The notes under the pieces: model-generated
Seen by the model: only the letters and a program-made list of their open reading frames with translations
Database searches by the model: none
What the model was told of the DNA's origin: nothing
Assembly: GCA_963758635.1 (NCBI GenBank)
Contig: CAVWWD010000004.1
Span: 192,001-256,000 of the forward strand
Direction: 5' to 3'
Origin: an uncultured Candidatus Rokubacteria bacterium
GTDB taxonomy: Bacteria > Methylomirabilota > Methylomirabilia > Rokubacteriales > CSP1-6
DNA length: 64,000 nt
Program-made: the position numbers and the translations under genes
In this document: positions 1 through 8,538 of the stretch, in pieces
Position numbering within the stretch: the stretch's first letter is position 1
Layout: each line of letters opens with the position of its first letter

Positions 1-365
1 CTCGGCGACCTGGCTCTCGAAATACCGCATGGGCGCGCCCAACGTAGTCGACGGGCCGGGCACCGTCAACCCGCCGGGCTTCGGGCAGGATCGGCCCGGA
101 CCGGGCACCGGCCCGGGCGTCGGTTCGGGCAGAAGACCGCCCCCTCGATGACGGCCGCTGGCACGCTGGATCGTGAGCCCGCGCTCCGACTGATGGGCGG
201 TGGACTGGCCCCGCGGGCGCTCCAGGTGGCCCGGACCCGGCCGCTCGCGGCCGAGCCGACAACCTCCCGAGAAGCTGGTTTACTCCCCCGGGCTGTCCCC
301 CTATAGTTGAGCCCCGGCGGCCGGTCCGTCTCTTCTCCCGCAAGAGGCCGGCCGCAGGAGACGCA

Positions 366-1769
366 ATGCCGAGCGACTCCGCCGAGCCCCTCCGGGACGT
401 CCGCGCCGTTGTCCTGGTCGTGGATGACGACGTGGGGCTGCGCGAGGCGTGTCGCCTGATCCTCGAGGACGAGTTCGAGGTCCTCGACGTCCCCGACGGA
501 CCGCATGCCCTCGAGGTCCTCCGCTCCACCCAGGTCGATGTCGTGCTGCTGGACATCCGCCTGCCCGGCATGGACGGCCTCGAGGTGCTGGAGCAGGCGA
601 AGGTGATCGACGAGCAGGTCGAGGTCATCCTGGTCACCGCGGTGAAGACGGTGAAGACCGCGGTCACCGCCATGAAGCTCGGGGCCTTCGACTACCTGAC
701 CAAGCCGTTCGAGGAGGAGGAGGTCCTGGCCGTGGTGCGCCGGGCCCTCGAGCGGCGGGCGCTCCAGCGCGAGGTGGTCTTCCTGCGCTCCGAGCTCGCG
801 CGCCGCCAGGACGGCGACGAGATCGTGGGCCAGTCCGCGGAGATGCGGAAGCTGGCCCAGATGATCGCGCAGGTGTCGCGCACGAGCGCCACGGTGCTCA
901 TCGCGGGCGAGAGCGGCACCGGCAAGGAGCTCATCGCCCAGGCCATCCATCGGCAGAGCCCGCGGCGCGACAAGCCGTTCGTGCCCGTCAATCCCGCCGC
1001 CATCGTCGAGTCGCTGATCGAGTCGGAGCTGTTCGGGCACGAGCGCGGCGCGTTCACCGGCGCGTACCAGCGAAAGCTCGGCAAGTTCGAGATGGCCCAG
1101 GGCGGCACCCTCTTCCTGGACGAGATCGCGAGCCTCCGGGCCGAGCCGCAGACGAAGCTCCTGCGCGTCCTCCAGGAGCGGGAGATCGAGCGGGTGGGGG
1201 GGACGCGGCGGATCCCGGTGGACGTGCGCATCATCGCCGCCACCAACGTGGACCTCAAGCGCGCGGTGGCGGCGGGCGGGTTCCGCGAGGACCTCTACTA
1301 CCGGCTGAACGTGGTGCCCATCGCCGTGCCGCCGCTCCGCAGCCGGAGCCAGGACGTCCCGCTGCTCGTCGAGCACTTCATCCGCCGCTACAACCAGCGC
1401 TTCGGCAAGCGCATCACGGGCGTCGCGCCCTCCGCCATGGCCGCCCTCGAGGACTACCGGTGGCCGGGCAACGTGCGCGAGCTGCAGAACGTCGTGGAGC
1501 GGGCGGTGGCGCTGGTCGACGCCCCCCAGATCCAGCTCCAGGACCTCCCGATGGACGTGGTCATGGGGGAGCGGCGGCTGCGGGACGGCGAGGCGCCCGC
1601 GGTGCCGCTCGCCCAGGCCGTCGAGGACTTCGAGCGTCAGATCGTCCAGCGGGTCCTCGAGCGCGTCCGCTGGAGCCAGCAGGACGCGGCGATGATCCTG
1701 GGCCTGCACCGGAACACCCTCCTCCGCAAGATCGCGAAGTGGGGACTGGTCCCACCGCCACGTCGATAG
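366..1769 (+). CDS. Sigma-54-dependent response regulator (NtrC/AtoC family: REC-AAA+-HTH)
   Basis: REC domain (LVVDDD, LLDIRLP, KP), Walker A GESGTGKE, ESELFGHERGAFTGA motif, WPGNVRELQN, C-terminal Fis-type HTH; GGAG RBS upstream. Confidence 0.96.
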   Translation: MPSDSAEPLRDVRAVVLVVDDDVGLREACRLILEDEFEVLDVPDGPHALEVLRSTQVDVVLLDIRLPGMDGLEVLEQAKVIDEQVEVILVTAVKTVKTAVTAMKLGAFDYLTKPFEEEEVLAVVRRALERRALQREVVFLRSELARRQDGDEIVGQSAEMRKLAQMIAQVSRTSATVLIAGESGTGKELIAQAIHRQSPRRDKPFVPVNPAAIVESLIESELFGHERGAFTGAYQRKLGKFEMAQGGTLFLDEIASLRAEPQTKLLRVLQEREIERVGGTRRIPVDVRIIAATNVDLKRAVAAGGFREDLYYRLNVVPIAVPPLRSRSQDVPLLVEHFIRRYNQRFGKRITGVAPSAMAALEDYRWPGNVRELQNVVERAVALVDAPQIQLQDLPMDVVMGERRLRDGEAPAVPLAQAVEDFERQIVQRVLERVRWSQQDAAMILGLHRNTLLRKIAKWGLVPPPRR

Positions 1770-1791
1770 ACCGTCACCGGCGACGGTGCAG

Positions 1792-1890
1792 TGCACCACC
1801 GGCGGTGCATGCCGGCCAAGTGCGCGCCGCGCCTGACGCGGGACGCCTCAGCCGTCCCTCGACGCCGCGCGGTGCAGCGTCCACAGTGCA
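1792..1890 (+). promoter_or_regulatory. Two candidate enhancer (bEBP-binding) sites, TGCA-N10-TGCA
   Basis: TGCACCACCGGCGGTGCA at 1792-1809 and TGCAGCGTCCACAGTGCA at 1873-1890, about 85-180 bp upstream of a sigma-54 promoter; resemble NtrC-type sites. Confidence 0.6.
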
Positions 1891-1972
1891 GACCGCGGAT
1901 CTTGCATGGTCGCGACGGCGCCGATTCAGCTTTTGATGATGCGGAGTTGCACGACACGCAGCGGGCGTTCGC

Positions 1973-1989
1973 CTGGCGTCCGATTTGCT
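1973..1989 (+). promoter_or_regulatory. Sigma-54 (-24/-12) promoter
   Basis: CTGGCGTCCGATTTGCT: GG(1975-76)-N10-GC(1987-88), close to consensus YTGGCACGRNNNTTGCW; next to a sigma-54 activator gene. Confidence 0.8.
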
Positions 1990-2064
1990 TAGCCTTTGCG
2001 TCGCTGTACGGGCCCTCGTGGGGAGGGCCCATGGTGTCACACACCCGACCGAGGAGGACGAACG

Positions 2065-2202
2065 ATGGCGAAGGCCTGGGCGGTGATCATGATCGTGTCC
2101 GCGTTCCTGCTGGTGGCTCCCGTGATCGAGTACGGCGCGGTGGAGTCGAACCACATCTTCACCGCCATCGGCAACGCCGACGGCGGCGCCGGCGGCGACT
2201 AG
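2065..2202 (+). CDS. Small 45-aa putative exported peptide MAKAWAVIMIVSAFLLVAPVIEYGAVESNHIFTAIGNADGGAGGD
   Basis: Strong RBS GAGGAGG at 2051-2057, ATG 2065, GC3-biased codons, signal-like N-terminus; first gene after the sigma-54 promoter. Confidence 0.75.
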   Translation: MAKAWAVIMIVSAFLLVAPVIEYGAVESNHIFTAIGNADGGAGGD

Positions 2203-2220
2203 GAGGCCTTCTCTCCCTCG

Positions 2221-3838
2221 ATGATCCACTGGCGAGGCCTCGGCGTCACCATGCTCCTCCTCGCCAGCACCGCCATGCCCGTGGTCCCGGCTCACGCGCA
2301 GGACAAGGCGGAGCCGGGTCCGCGGGCGGTCGTCAACGGAGCCTACCGGCGTCCGCTCGGCGGCGATCCGGCCACGCTGGACCCTGTCCGGACCAACGAC
2401 ATCTACGGCCGCGCGGTGACGCAGCAGATCTTCGACGGCCTCGTCCAGTTCGATCAGACGCTCACCATCAGCCCGGCCCTGGCCCAGTACTGGCGCGCCT
2501 CGCGCGACGGGCTCACCTGGACCTTCACGCTGCGCAAGGGCGTGAAGTTCCACCACGGGCGGGACGTGAGCGCGGACGATGTCGTGTACTCGTTCACGCG
2601 CATCCTCGATCCGCGGCTCCGGTCGGACGCCGCCGACCTCTTCGGGCACGTCAAGGGAGCGGCGGAATTCCGTGAAGGACGCGCGAAGAGCGTGTCCGGC
2701 CTCGTCGCGCTCGACCGCCACACCGTGCAGGTCACGCTCGAGGAGGCGCAGATCGCCTTCGTGTCGCTCCTCGCCCTGGGCCACGCCCGCATCGTCCCGA
2801 AGGACGTGGTCGAGCGGCTAGGCGACGCCTTCGGCACCCACCCCGTGGGCACCGGGCCCTTCCGGTTCGTCCGGTGGGAGCGCGGGAAGGAGATCGTGCT
2901 CGCCGCCAACCCCGACGCGTTCGACGGCGCGCCGCGCCTGGCCCGCCTCGTGTACCGGATCTTCCCCGGCGAGGCGCACGACGTGATCTGCCAGGAGTTC
3001 GAGCAGGGGCAGCTCGAGGAGAGCCCGGTGCCGCCGGCGTGCCGGAACAAGACCTCGGACCCGCGCTACCAGTACCTGCGCCGCTCGACCTTCACGGTGC
3101 GGTTCTACGGCCTCAACACCCGGATGCGCGGGCTCGACGACGCGCGCGTGCGCCGCGCCATCGCGCACGCCCTGGACCGCGAGCGCACCGTCCAGGAGAT
3201 CTTCCTCGGCCGCCATCAGCCCGCGCGCGGCATCCTGCCCCCGGGCATGCCCGGCTACAACCCGGGGCTCCGGGCGCCCGGCCACAGCGTCGCCGAGGCC
3301 CGCGAGCTCCTCAGGCGGGCGCGGGCATCCGGACGGCCGCGGGATCGGGCCGCTCACCATCTGGTCGGCGGCGCGGGGGGAGCGGATCGACCAGGAGCTG
3401 GGCACGGTGAAGCGGCAGCTCGCCGCCGTCGGCATCGCCGCCGACGTGCGCTACGAGACCGACTGGCCGACGTTCACGAAGGCGCTCGGCGAGCGCAAGT
3501 ACCCGATGTTCGTCTACGCCTGGCACGCCGACGTGCCCGATCCGGACAACTTCCTGTACAAGCTCTTCTACTCGAGGGGCGCGCGCAACCTGACGGGTTA
3601 CGCCAATCCCGTCGTGGACGACCTGCTCCTCCGGGCTCGCGAGGAGCCCGACCTCGGCCGGCGCATCGAGCGGTACCGGCGCGCCGAGCAGATCATCGTC
3701 GACGACGCGCCCATCATTCCCGTGTGGCACTACACGTACGAGCGGCTGTTCCAGTCCTACGTGCGCAACGTGGAGGTGAACGGGCTCGGCGACGCGTACC
3801 TCCCGCTGCGCAAGATGTGGCTCGAGGCCCCGCGGTGA
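2221..3838 (+). CDS. Peptide/nickel-type ABC substrate-binding protein (SBP family 5), one frameshift near 3320
   Basis: Signal peptide (AHA-Q), DPATLDP, IFDGLV, WTFTLRKGVKFH, GTGPF; C-terminal part (W-ADVPDPDNFL, DAPIIPVW) continues in the 3407-3838 frame. Confidence 0.9.
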
Positions 3839-5763
3839 GAGCGCTCGTCCGCCCCCCGTGGCTCCGCTTCGGCTTCAGCTCGCTCCAGCGGAAGCTCCTC
3901 CTCGGCACGCTCTTCGTGCTCGTCCTCATCATGGCCGGCGTCATGCTGGTGGTGGAGTACAGCCAGCGCGAGGCCATCGTGTCCGAGGTCCAGCGGCGCG
4001 GCGAGGTCCTCGCGCGGAGCCTCGCCGCCACCTCGACCACGCCGCTCTTGCTCTACAACTTCACCGCCCTCGAGCAGAACGTGACGCGCATCGCCCGCGA
4101 GGCCGACGTGGTGTACGCCATCGTCCTCGACGGCGACGGCCGGGTGGCCGCGCACAGCCGCCGGCCGGACCTGGTCGGCCGCGGCCTCGAGGGCGCCGTC
4201 GACGCGCGCGCGGGCCGCGCCGGCGCGCTCCTCATCCAGGAAGCCACCAGCCGGGCCGCTGGGCAGACGGTGTACGACATCGCCGTGCCCGTGTTCGTGG
4301 AGCAGCAGCGCTGGGGCACGGTGCGCGTGGGTCTGTCGCGGCGGCGGATGGACGCGGAGATCACGGAGACGCGCCGCGAGCTCGCCATGCTGTCGCTCGT
4401 GACGCTCGCCCTGTGCGGGCTCGGCGCCGCCTTCGTGGCGCGGCGCATCGCGGGCCCCGTGAAGCAGCTCTCGGCCGGCGCCGCCGCGGTGGCGCGCGGC
4501 GAGCTCGACCAGTGGATCCCCCCCGTGGGGTCGGACGAGCTGGCCCAGCTCGCGGCCACGTTCAACCACATGACCGCGCGCCTGCGCCACCAGCGCGCCG
4601 AGCTCGAGGCCGCCCACGCCGAGCTGCGGCAGCGCTTCGAGGAGGTGGCCGAGCTGAACCGCTACACCGACAACATCCTCGGATCGGTGACGAGCGGCAT
4701 CGTCACCCTGGACCTGGACGGGCGCATCGGCACGATGAACCCGGCGGCGGAGATGCTGACCGGCCTCTTCGCGCCGGACGTGAAGGGCCACTACTGCGCG
4801 GAGGTGTTCACGGCGAGCCCCGAGGTCGCCGAGGCCCTCATGGAGACGCTGACCAGCCGTCACGGCCTGCCCAACGTGTCGCTCACGCTGCGGCGGCCCA
4901 ACGGCTCCACGCTGCCCATCGAGATGAGCACGGCGCCGCTGCGCGGCCTCGAGGCCAAGGAGCTGGGTGTGGTCGGCGTGTTCCGCGACGTGAGCGTGCT
5001 GCGGGAGCTCGAGGAGCAGGTGCGGCGCTCCGACCGGCTCGCCGCGCTCGGCACCCTCGCCGCCGGGCTCGCGCACGAGATCAAGAACCCGCTCACCGCG
5101 CTGCGTACGTTCAGCCGGTTCCTGCCGCGCAAGTTCGACGACGAGCGGTTCCGCGAGCGCTACCAGCGGGTCGTCCCCCACGAGCTCGAGCGCATCAACG
5201 CCATCGTGGAGCGGCTGCTGGAGCTGGCGCGTCCGGCGCGGCTGACCTTCCAGCCCGTACACCTACCGGAGCTGCTCGACCGCGTGCTCGACCTGTACGC
5301 CGGCCAGATCGAGACCAGGGGCATCGAGGCCCATCGCGAGTACGCGCGCGACTGCCCGCCCATCCAGGCCGACGCCGAGTACCTGTACCAGGCCATCGTG
5401 AATCTCGTGGGGAACGCGCTGGAGGCCATGGAGGCGGGCGGCCGCCTCACGCTGCGCGTGGGGTGGTTCCACGGCAGCGATCCCTTCGGCCCCGTCCGGG
5501 GCCCGGCGTGGCGCCTCAAGGTGGAGGTGGAGGACACGGGGATCGGGATCGGCGCCGACACCGCCGGAAAGGTATTCGACCCGTTCTTCACCACGAAGGG
5601 CGCGGGGACCGGCCTCGGCCTCGCCCTCACGCACAAGATCGTCGAGGACCACCACGGCCGCATCACCTTCAGCAGCGTGCCGGGGGCGGGGACCACGTTC
5701 CGCATCGTGCTGCCCGTGACGCCCGGAGGGGCGCCGCGGATCAGAAAGGGACAGGATGCCTAG
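3835..5763 (+). CDS. Membrane sensor histidine kinase (periplasmic sensor-HAMP-PAS-HisKA-HATPase)
   Basis: GTG overlaps the SBP stop (GTGA); two TM helices, HAMP (DELAQLAATFNHM), PAS, AHEIKNPL, N/G1/F/G2 boxes (DTGIGI, FDPFFTTK, GTGLGL). Confidence 0.93.
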   Translation: MRALVRPPWLRFGFSSLQRKLLLGTLFVLVLIMAGVMLVVEYSQREAIVSEVQRRGEVLARSLAATSTTPLLLYNFTALEQNVTRIAREADVVYAIVLDGDGRVAAHSRRPDLVGRGLEGAVDARAGRAGALLIQEATSRAAGQTVYDIAVPVFVEQQRWGTVRVGLSRRRMDAEITETRRELAMLSLVTLALCGLGAAFVARRIAGPVKQLSAGAAAVARGELDQWIPPVGSDELAQLAATFNHMTARLRHQRAELEAAHAELRQRFEEVAELNRYTDNILGSVTSGIVTLDLDGRIGTMNPAAEMLTGLFAPDVKGHYCAEVFTASPEVAEALMETLTSRHGLPNVSLTLRRPNGSTLPIEMSTAPLRGLEAKELGVVGVFRDVSVLRELEEQVRRSDRLAALGTLAAGLAHEIKNPLTALRTFSRFLPRKFDDERFRERYQRVVPHELERINAIVERLLELARPARLTFQPVHLPELLDRVLDLYAGQIETRGIEAHREYARDCPPIQADAEYLYQAIVNLVGNALEAMEAGGRLTLRVGWFHGSDPFGPVRGPAWRLKVEVEDTGIGIGADTAGKVFDPFFTTKGAGTGLGLALTHKIVEDHHGRITFSSVPGAGTTFRIVLPVTPGGAPRIRKGQDA

Positions 5764-6853
5764 AGCCGTCTCGGAGGGGCGGGGCCTCGCCCCGCAGGGC
5801 GCGCAGATCGCGCGCGCCGACGTCGTCGCCAAGGTGACGGACGGCGTGTTCCACACGTTCAACAACATCCTGGCCGTGGTGCTCGGCCGCGTGGAGCTGA
5901 TGCTGGGGCAGGTGGACGCGGGGCGTCTCAAGGCCGCGGAGCTGCGCAACGGGCTCCTGTCCGTGCAGAAGGTGACGCAGGACGCCGCCGACCTCCTCGA
6001 GCGCGTGCAGGAGCTCGCGCAGCCGCCCGCCGACGAGCCCGAGCGGACGGTGGACCTCAACACCGCGGTCGGCGAGGCCATCGCTTTCGTGCGACCCCAC
6101 CTCGTCCTGGACCGCGCGCCCGGCGCCGCCCTGCGCCTGGCCTGCCGCGTGACGAGCGCGCCGGTGCTGGTTCGCGCGCGAGCCAGCGCGCTGCGCGAGC
6201 TGCTCGTGACGCTCCTCGTGGACGTGACCGACGCCACGCCGGACGGCGGCGAGATCACCGTGGAGACGGCGACCGCCGAGGGGGGCGCCATCCTCCACGT
6301 GGGCGGAGTCGGCGCCGCGGATGCCGGCCCGCCCGACCTGCTCGCCACGCGGGACCTGGTGGCCCGGTACGGCGGGAGGATCTCGGTGCGGCGGGAAGCC
6401 GATGGCGCCTCCACGGTGAGCCTCACACCGCCCGGCGCGATGACCGTGACGCGGGCCCGCCGCGCCGTCGATGCCGCGGTGCCGCCGGGCCTCGCCGTGC
6501 TCGTGGTCGAGGACGAGCCGGCGCTCCGGAGCCTGCTGCGCGACTTCCTCGAGTCCCAGGGCTGTCGCGTCTCCGTGGCCGCCTCGGGGTCGGACGCGCT
6601 TGCGGAGCTGGCCACGTCCGAGTGGGAGGTCGTGCTCTCGGACCTCCTCCTGCCCGGCGCCAGCGGGCTGGACATCGCCCAGGCGGTCAAGTCGCGGTCA
6701 CCGCGCACCGGCGTCGTGCTCCTCTCCGGGAAGCTCCTTCCCGAGGACCTGTGCGCGGACGGCGAGACGGTGGACGTGGCCCTCGCCAAGCCGGTGGACC
6801 TCGGCAAGCTCGGCAGCGTGATCGCCACCCTGGGGCGCCGATCGCGCGAATGA
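5756..6853 (+). CDS. Atypical hybrid protein: HisKA-like H box, degenerate ATPase domain, C-terminal receiver
   Basis: FHTFNNILAVVLG H-box; no recognisable N/G1/G2 boxes; REC motifs LVVEDE, LSDLLLP, LLSG, LAKP. Confidence 0.8.
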   Translation: MPRAVSEGRGLAPQGAQIARADVVAKVTDGVFHTFNNILAVVLGRVELMLGQVDAGRLKAAELRNGLLSVQKVTQDAADLLERVQELAQPPADEPERTVDLNTAVGEAIAFVRPHLVLDRAPGAALRLACRVTSAPVLVRARASALRELLVTLLVDVTDATPDGGEITVETATAEGGAILHVGGVGAADAGPPDLLATRDLVARYGGRISVRREADGASTVSLTPPGAMTVTRARRAVDAAVPPGLAVLVVEDEPALRSLLRDFLESQGCRVSVAASGSDALAELATSEWEVVLSDLLLPGASGLDIAQAVKSRSPRTGVVLLSGKLLPEDLCADGETVDVALAKPVDLGKLGSVIATLGRRSRE

Positions 6854-6872
6854 CGGCGAGGGCGGCCGTGCT

Positions 6873-8099
6873 ATGCTTCGGGCCGTGCCAGCGCCCGCGG
6901 ACGTGACGATCATCGGCGGAGGCATCGTCGGCCTCGCCACCGCCATCGCGCTCACCGAGCGTCACCCGCGGGCCCGCGTGCAGATCGTGGACAAGGAAGC
7001 GCGCGTCGGCACGCACCAGACCGGCCACAACAGCGGCGTCATCCACTCCGGCATCTACTACAAGCCCGGCTCCTTCAAGGCGCGCCTGTGCGTCGAGGGC
7101 GCCCGGCTCATGACGGAGTTCTGCGACACCCACGGCATCGCCTACGAGCGCTGCGGCAAGGTCATCGTGGCCACGTCCGAGGCCGAGGTGCCGCGTCTCG
7201 AGACCCTGCATCAGCGCGGCACGGCCAACGGCGTGCCCGGTCTCAAGATGATCCCGGGCGAGGCGGTCAAGGACTACGAGCCGCACTGCCGCGCCGTCGG
7301 CGCGCTGCTGTCGCCGGCCACCGGCATCGTGGACTACGTGCAGGTGGCCCAGGCCATGGCCGCCCTCGTGGAGAAGCGCGGCGGCGAGGTCACGACGAGC
7401 GCGGCGGTGACGGCGATCCGCCGGGACGGCGCCGGCCTGGTCCTGGAGACGGCCCGCGGCCCGGTCCACACGCGTCACGTCGTCAACTGCGGCGGGCTGC
7501 ACTCCGACGCGGTGGCGCGCCTGATGGGCATCGAGCCCGAGGTGCGCATCATCCCGTTCCGCGGCGAGTACTACATGCTGCGCCCCGAGCGGCGCTCGCT
7601 GGTGCGCGGGCTCATCTACCCTGTGCCGGACCCCGAGTTTCCGTTCCTCGGCGTGCACTTCACGCGCACGATCCACGGGGACGTGGAGGCCGGCCCCAAC
7701 GCGGTGCTCGCCTTCGCCCGCGAAGGCTACACGATGGGCACGCTGAACGTGGGTGAGACGATCGGCACCTTCACGTACGGCGGGTTCTGGGCGATGGCCC
7801 GCCGCTACTGGCGGATGGGGATGTACGAGTTCTACCGCTCGATGAGCAAGGCCGCGTTCGTCCAGTCGCTCCAGCGGCTCGTGCCCGACCTCCGCGCCGA
7901 GGACATCGTGCCCGGCGGCTCCGGGGTCCGCGCGCAGGCGGTGTCGCCCGACGGCTCGCTCGTGGACGACTTCAAGATCAGCGTCACCGCGGGCGCCGTC
8001 CACGTGCTGAACGCGCCCTCGCCCGGGGCGACCGCGTCGCTCGCCATCGGCCGGCACATCGCCGGCCTCGCCGCCGACACGTTCACGCTCCCCGCCTGA
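6873..8099 (+). CDS. lhgO: L-2-hydroxyglutarate oxidase
   Basis: GGGIVG FAD motif, HQTGHNSGVIHSGIYY, PFRGEYY, IYPVPDP-FPFLGVHFT, NAPSPGATASLAIG. Confidence 0.92.
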   Translation: MLRAVPAPADVTIIGGGIVGLATAIALTERHPRARVQIVDKEARVGTHQTGHNSGVIHSGIYYKPGSFKARLCVEGARLMTEFCDTHGIAYERCGKVIVATSEAEVPRLETLHQRGTANGVPGLKMIPGEAVKDYEPHCRAVGALLSPATGIVDYVQVAQAMAALVEKRGGEVTTSAAVTAIRRDGAGLVLETARGPVHTRHVVNCGGLHSDAVARLMGIEPEVRIIPFRGEYYMLRPERRSLVRGLIYPVPDPEFPFLGVHFTRTIHGDVEAGPNAVLAFAREGYTMGTLNVGETIGTFTYGGFWAMARRYWRMGMYEFYRSMSKAAFVQSLQRLVPDLRAEDIVPGGSGVRAQAVSPDGSLVDDFKISVTAGAVHVLNAPSPGATASLAIGRHIAGLAADTFTLPA

Positions 8100-8102
8100 C
8101 CC

Positions 8103-8498
8103 TCAGGACTGCTTCGCCAGCCGCGCTTCCGCCTGCTGCAGGCGACCCTCGGCCTCGATCATCTGGCGGGCCAGCTGCTTGATGAGGGCCAGCGCGAGCG
8201 ACGGGTTGGCGCGCACGAGGTGCTCCAGCCGGTTCGACGGGATGACCATCAGCGTGACGGGCTCGCCGGCGACGGCGTGGGCGGACCGGGGGGCGTTCGT
8301 GAAGAGCGCGATCTCGCCGAGCAGCTCGCCCTTGCCGAGGACCCGGAGCACGCGCTCCTCCTCGCCGAACCGCCGGCGGATCTCCACGCGGCCTTCGTGC
8401 ACCATGTACGCCTCGCCGTTGGCCGCGTCGCCCTCGCGGAAGATGAAGTCGCCGGGCTTGTACGTCCTGGTCGGCACCTCTCCGATCTGGCGGCTCAT
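8103..8498 (-). CDS. Stand-alone cyclic nucleotide-binding domain protein
   Basis: IFREGD, GRVEI, LGEIAL, PRSAHAVA cNMP-binding signature; no HTH. Confidence 0.88.
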   Translation of the reverse strand: MSRQIGEVPTRTYKPGDFIFREGDAANGEAYMVHEGRVEIRRRFGEEERVLRVLGKGELLGEIALFTNAPRSAHAVAGEPVTLMVIPSNRLEHLVRANPSLALALIKQLARQMIEAEGRLQQAEARLAKQS

Positions 8499-8538
8499 GG
8501 CGTATTCCTCGTGGTATAGAATGACCGCGGTGGTGCCT

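Noticed and set aside
1..30. Possible minus-strand gene start (MRYFESQVAE) at the window edge
   Set aside because: Only 10 codons visible and no clear RBS
2221..5763. 1180-aa SBP-histidine kinase fusion in the ORF track
   Set aside because: Artefact of a frameshift near 3320; the SBP C-terminus is in another frame and ends at 3838, where the kinase starts by GTGA overlap
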